From: Cyanophora paradoxa CCMP329
Lineage: Eukaryota; Plantae; Glaucophyta
Length of the DNA stretch: 64,000 nt
Assembly (NCBI GenBank): GCA_004431415.1
Contig: QPMI01000593.1
Location: 126,979 to 190,978, forward strand
Direction of reading: 5' to 3'
The translations under genes and the position numbers were made by a program. Each line of letters starts with the position of its first letter. Positions within the stretch are counted from its first letter, which is position 1. The notes below the pieces were generated by a model. It was not told the DNA's origin. It saw nothing but the letters and a program-made list of their open reading frames with translations, and searched no databases. Below are positions 58,401-64,000 of this stretch, piece after piece.

Positions 58401-60088
58401 CGTCGAGGAGCCCGGGGCCCGGCCCCGCTCCCGCTCCGGCTCGGAGTCGGGCGGGAGGGCGCGCAGCGCCTCGCGCAGCGCGGGGAGCGTGTCGGGCCCG
58501 GCCACGACGAAGGGCGGCTTGCTGCCCGGCGGCGGCGAGCCGACCGGCGGGAGCGGCTGCGGCGGCGACGACGAGGACGAGGCCCCCGCCGGAGAAGCGA
58601 CGGCGGGGCTGGGCGGGAGGGGAGGGAGGGGCGGGAGGCGGGGGCTGAGGGGCGTCAGCAAGGACGCGACCCGCGGGGGCGACGTGGGCGGGGCCTTGGC
58701 GGGGACGACGGCGGAGCGGGGGAGGTACGCGAAGAGCGACTCGCAGCAGGCGACGTCGCCCGGCTGGCAGGAGCCCAGCGCGTCGCTGGCCTCCTGCAGG
58801 GCCGCCCCGTGGATGAAGTAGACCATGCGGCCGGGCACGGGGTCCCCGCTCTCGTTCACCAGCGCCGCGTCGATGCTGCCGGCCCCCGCGCGCGCCGCGA
58901 AGGCGGCGACGCGCTCCGCGGCGCTCTCGCCGGCCGCCGCCGCCGCCGCCGCGCCCCACGCCACCGACTGCCGCCGGGCCGACGCCGAGGCCTGCCCAGC
59001 CACGTCCCACACGCCACCGCGGCGCGCCCGCGCGGCGCGGGCCGAGTGCGGCGCGCGGCGGCCGCCCTCTCCGATGCCGCAGAGGTACTGGCGGAAGGCG
59101 CCGGCGGCGAGGGCGATGCGGAGGCGGATGCCGTAGCTCGCCTGCAGCTCGCGCTGGAAGCACTCCTGCACCTTGAGGGAGCACTCGACGGCCGCGGCCG
59201 CGCGGCGCGCCATCGCCGCCGCGTCGAGGGCCCTGTCCTCCCGCGCCTCCGCCTCCTCGTCCCACGTGCGCTCCTCCCCGTCGTCCGCCTCCGCCGCCTC
59301 CAGGCCGGCCTCCTCGCGCAGCGCGCGCAGCCGCCGCCGACGCCGCCGCCGCGCGCGCTGCCGCCTCGCCAGCTCCTCGGCGCTCAGCTCGTCATCGTCG
59401 TCGTCCCCTTCGGGCTCCTCGTTGGGCTCCAGCGGCCAGAGCACCAGCAGGCCGTCCCCTGCGAGCGTGCGCGCGCGCCCGGCTCAGCGCGCTCCCACCG
59501 GCCGCCGCGGGGGCGGGGGGCTCGCGAACCCATGAACTGTCGGCGGGGCGCGACGCGGGCGGGGCGCGAAGGGACGCGGCGTTAGACGCAGCGGGCGCGG
59601 CGAGTTAGCGGCTCAAGGCGCGTAGGGCGCACCGATAGGACCTCTCCGCCATACTCTGCGGGCGGGCGGGTCAGCGGGCGCGAGGGCGCGCGGCGCGCGG
59701 CGGCGGCGCTGGGTGGGGCGAGGCGGCCGCGGCTTGCCTTGCACGAGGACGATCTCCTTGCAGAAGCACTTGTTGATGATGTCGCAGAGGACCTCGATGT
59801 CGCTCTCGCCCCCGTTGTACTGCTCGCAGAGGGCCGAGAAGCCCGAGAGGTCGAGCACGCTGCGGGATTTGCGGCGCATCATGCCGTCAGCCGCGGCCAG
59901 GGGCCAACGCTGGGCAAGTCAGCCCTCGCTCGCGCACCCCAACACTCCAAGCACAACCGGGGTCGCCGGGCGGCCCGCGCAGTGCTTCACCACCGTCCTG
60001 ATAGAATTGAGGCCAACGCCCAGTCAGTGCAAGGCGCAGGCAGGTTAGGAAACGGCCAGACGGACCCCGGGACGAATTTGCTGTGCAT
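51120..60088 (-). CDS. Soluble adenylyl cyclase-like (ADCY10 architecture), catalytic residues intact; multi-exon
   Basis: C1: VLDLSGFSAL..EYGGEVLS|FMG|DGLLVLW. C2: YLSEFR..VSVLF..HEGSLRQILVDDKG..AHEDDP..NIGCTTG..RCEFSVFGTVVNTAARLM. Then VVGREEE, IIEGD|SGMGKS, LEDMHGADSQSW, SGVPF, RMDRLSPSQLLTLKLAAVVG and AYGLLPVQERRALH. Confidence 0.88.
54628..54680. repeat. Intronic pentanucleotide microsatellite (GATCA/GATCG)n
   Basis: cagatcgcatcagatcggatcagatcggatcagatcagatcagatcagatctg. Confidence 0.85.
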
Positions 60089-60673
60089 CGTGCTGCGCCC
60101 CTCTTGGGCTGCTATCAGCTATCCAGGAGGCATCTCCATGTGGCTGAACGAGCTGGGCTGCTTCGCCCCCGCTAACCGGCAATAGCTTCAATGGGGGTAC
60201 CGGGACTTAAAGGTTGCGAAGCGGCGCCATTCACAACTTGTGGCCCAAGTTGTGGGCGCCCCGCGGCCGCGGTCTTCGCTCAGCACATTTGTCAGATGCG
60301 GCGCTAGCGCCAGCAGAGCATAGCTTCTCGCACCGACCGACTCGGCCGGCGCCCAAGCCGAAAAGGTGCTGGAGGTAAGCGTGACTCACGGGGTAGACCC
60401 TCAGCTCGATCCACGTTGCAGTACTCTTATCGTCGACGTCCCATTTCCAGCGCGCGAGAGCGGCAACAGTACTAGCAGCCGCCAGCAGTCGTACATCACA
60501 GCGCGCCCGCCACCCGCGCGCGCAGACAAGCTTACCCGCTGTGCCCAAAGAAGCTTCGGGCGGGCAAAGTTCCGCGCACGGCCGCGGCCGCAGCGAGTTG
60601 CGCCAGAGAATCAGCTACATAGTACAATCAATCAGCTCCTGACTCCGCGCCCGGCTGCGGCGGGCGCGGCGAG

Positions 60674-63600
60674 ATGGCCACTGCCGCCGATGCCTCCAAA
60701 GCCATGCATGTGGAGGGCGGCATCAGCCGGGTGCGTGGCACTCATCGTTCATTCCTTTCTGCTTCTAATCGCCACCATCATGGCTCCATCGCCCGCAGAA
60801 AGAGGACAAGGTGCCTCGCTTTCAAGTTTCCCGTGAACACCAGAGCCCGCCTTCTGACAGCGCGCCTTCCGTCGGCAGTTATGGCGCTTCGTGTTCAGTT
60901 TACAGCAGGCGCTCACGGAAATCACGACGAAGAACTACAAGGTGCGGCGCCCGCCGCCGCGGCTTGGCGCCCGCGACAGCGTTCGAACCGGACGGCCGCC
61001 GCGCGCGCGCAGAACCGGAGGGAGCAGGTCCTCGCTGTTCTGTGGGCGATCGTTGACGGCATCCAGTTCATCTCGCTCATGATAGGGCGCACTTCTGGTT
61101 CGACCCCCCCGCCGCCAGAGTCGCGGCCGCCCGGCGATCGACCGAGCGCGGCGGCGGCGGCTGCGCAGGCTTCGACCCGCAGACTACCAAGGGGCTGCTT
61201 GGCATCATCGATTTCCACATCCTCTTCACGCAGCATTCCTGGGACTCCTACAGCGTGCGCCCCCCCCCCCCCCCCCCGCTCCCCCCCCCCCCCCGGCCCC
61301 CGGCCCCGCCAGCCCGCCCGCCCGCCCGCCCGCCCGCCCGCGCGCTGCCCACGCCGCTCACGCCACCCCGCGCCCCGCCTCTTTTCGCCGCAGCGGGTCT
61401 TCTGGGCCTACTTCGTTCTCACGCTCTTCTCGGCGCTCTCGTTCCTGTACTACCTGTACCGCCAGGTACCCCGCCCCCCCCCCCCCCCCTCCCCCTCCCC
61501 GGAGCGCCCGCGCCGCCTGACGGCCCCCAACTACGCAGCGGCGGAACAAGGGGCGCGAGGTCCAGATCTGGTTCTCGATCGCGACCCGGACCATCCTGTA
61601 CGGGCTCTTCGTGCGCCGCCCAGCCAAGCCGCCCCTGCCCGCCCGCCCGCCCCCAGCCGCCCGCGCCCTCTGAGCGAGCGCCCGCCCGCCCGCCCCGCCC
61701 GGCCGCCCTACGCCTCGCAGGTGCCCTACGTCAAGCTATTCGCGTCCGTCTTCGCCTGCGGCCAGGTGCGACCCTTAGGCCGCTCGCCCGCCCGCTCGTC
61801 CGGGCCCCGGCCGACCGGCCGGCCGGCTTCGTTGGCGCAGGACGACTTCCTCCCGGGGGCGAGCGGCTCCCCGGGCCTCTTCGTCTGCCTGGACCTCCAG
61901 TGGGCGCGCCCCGCCCCGCCCCGCCCCGCGCCCCGTCCCTTCCTCTTCTCTTCTGACGCCGCCTTGCAGACCGTGTTCGCTGCGATCGCGGGCGGCTGCC
62001 TGGCGCTCTTCCTCGCCGTCGGCGTGCCGTTCTTCTTCCTGTTCCGCCACAACCACATCGTCCGCCCCGCCCCGCCCCGCCCCGCCCCGCGGCCCGCTCG
62101 AACAAAGCCGCCCCGCTTGACTCTCTCGCGCACGCAGGGCTGCCCCGACTTCGAGTCCCGCCCGCACGGCCGGTGCGCGGCGCAGCGCAGCGTGCGCAGC
62201 ACCGCCGCCTCGGCCAAGCTCACTTGGCCCGTCTCCGGCGCAGGTTCCACGGCCCGTACACGCTGGCGCGCGTGGCGGCGGTGGCGGTGGCGGTCATCGT
62301 CCCCAAAGAGTCGACCATCGCCTCGCTCATCCTCCTCGCCTGCTCCGCGGGATCCCTCTACCTCCTCATCATCCTCCTCCCCTCCTACCGTTCCTTCTTC
62401 AACTACGCGGTACCCCTCCCGCGCTCCATCCCACCTCCCCCTCTCCATTCTCATCGACGCGTCGCGCACGCAGCGCGGCGGGATGCTCTCGGCGGCTGCC
62501 TTCCTGGCGCTGGCGTCGTGCGTGCTGACGTCGGTGGGGCGGCCGGGCGAGCCGGCGCGCGCCCTCGGCTCGGCCGTCTCGCTCGCCCTCGCCCCCTTCG
62601 CCTTCGCCCTGGGCCTGGCCGTCGTCCACGTCCGCTACTGGCTCCTCCGCCGCGCCGGCAGCGGCTCGGACCCCCTCTCCGTGGTCCGCCCCCCACCCCC
62701 ACCCGCTCCCAACCCGCCCCCCTCTGTGCTCACGTTCGCCCCCTCCAGGAGTACCGGAACCCGTACGAGGCGGAGCTGGCGATCCGCCTGCTCCTCCAGC
62801 GCGACGCCGGCTCCGACGCCGTCAACGTGCGCACTGCTCTGGATGGATCGATGGATTCGATCCGAGATAGATTAGATTTGATCTGACGCCCCCCGCAGAA
62901 AGCGGAGGCGATGTACCGCTCGGCGGTGCAGCAGTTCCCGGACTCGGCCTACCTGCAGCTCCAGCTCGCCCACTTCCTCAAGGTCCCCCTCTTAGATGCT
63001 TACGCCTTGCTTATTGTCGCTAAAGAGCCGCGCAGTCCTTCTGCAACAACGTGAACGCGGCGCACGCGGAGCTCAAGCTCGGCTGGCGCCGCGAGCCGGC
63101 GCTGGACTACCGCTACGAGCTCCACTCCACCCTCCTCTTGTCCGCCCCCCCCTGGTCCATCGCCTCACCTGATTTCTTCTTCTGACCGGCCCGCCGGCAG
63201 CTGGGAGCGGCAGGCGGCCCTCTACAACTCGACGCAGGCCTCGGTGCCTTGCCTCCGCGTCGCCTTCTTTGGAGCTCGCTCGCCCGCTCACGCGCCGCCC
63301 CGCCAGGCGGCCAGCGACATCTTCAACTCGGCGGACGCCAAGAAGCAGTACGAGACCGCCCGCCAGGGCCGTGCGTCCTCTCGCCCCCCGCCTCGCCCCG
63401 CCCCGCTGCGCTTTGCTCAGGGCGGGCGGGCGCAGACACGCGGACGCTCAAGCTCACCCGCGCCTTCTGGATCGCGGTGCGCGCCGCCGCCTCCTCCCCC
63501 CCCCCTCCTCGGCAAGCTGCGCGCTGACTTCATCCGGCTTGCTCTTCTCCTTCTTCTTCGCTCGCTCGCCGGCAGCTGACGAAGAAGAACCTGCACGTGG

Positions 63601-64000
63601 TGGGCGCCCTCGACGACGTGCCCCGCAAGCTCGCCGACATCGCCGCCGCCGTCCGCCCCGCCCCGCCCCGCCCCCTTCCCGTGCTTCGCCGCGCTCTCTT
63701 CTGACGCGGGGGCGCAGGCGACGGCAACCGAGGCGACGTACCTCGCCCTCATAAAGCGTGCGCGTCGTACCCCCCCGGCTCCTTCTCCCCCCCCTGCCAC
63801 GTCCCCCTGACCTGGCCCCGCGCGCAGGCTTCTCGAACAGCAAGATCCTCCTCCGCTCCTAGTGCGCCCGACCGATATCGGCGCTCCGCCTCGCGCCCCT
63901 TGGGCTTCCGGGCCCCGTTCTGATCCGACCCCGCGTCCGCAGCGGCGCCTTCCTGGAGCAGTGCATGAACGACAAGCCCCGCGCCCAGCTCTACTACATG
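60674..64000 (+). CDS. TmcB (tiny macrocysts B)-like multi-TM/TPR protein, 5' part; runs off window
   Basis: WAIVDGIQFISL, ESRPHG|RF, LPSYRSFFN, NPYEAELAIRLL, AEAMYRSAVQQFPDSAYL, EPALDYRY, TRAFWIAL and YLALIKRFSNSKILLRSYGAFLEQCMND match the TmcB/PAS-protein N-terminal pattern. Confidence 0.75.

Noticed and set aside
3679-59585. Many long Arg/Pro/Gly/Ala-rich six-frame ORFs, including antisense ones of 300-700 aa
   Set aside because: Expected stop-codon scarcity at very high GC. They are shadow frames or intron read-throughs of the spliced genes.

Overview
This is a very GC-rich, intron-dense eukaryotic nuclear window. Introns are mostly 50-120 nt, C-rich on the sense strand, with CTGAC/CTCAC branch points and frequent GC-AG ends, so most six-frame ORFs are shadow frames or intron read-throughs. 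Plastid-type presequences with an early Phe (MEAAFV.., MTAFTT..) suggest an alga with a primary plastid, possibly a glaucophyte (inference). Manual splicing gives about 16 protein genes: a Pi/Sigma-like GST, two soluble-adenylyl-cyclase-type (ADCY10-like) genes (one catalytically degenerate, one intact), a low-complexity unknown, a TPP mitochondrial carrier, a bestrophin, an unknown membrane protein, an ankyrin-repeat protein, a protein with about 41 tandem 9-aa repeats, NUDT1/MTH1, 6-phosphogluconolactonase, a WD40 fragment, an omega-3 desaturase, a virus/phage-type PolX-like nucleotidyltransferase, an NSD-type PHD protein and a TmcB-like protein (runs off the end). Four identical tRNA-Asn(GTT) genes lie as two tandem pairs in a ~0.7 kb inverted repeat (560 bp apparently identical core) enclosing ~10 kb. 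The main leads are the tRNA-bounded, potentially invertible cassette with a structured leader before each tRNA, the 9-residue repeat protein, the pseudo-cyclase/cyclase pair, the intron-containing viral-like NTase and the unusual splicing. Exon coordinates are hand-derived and approximate.
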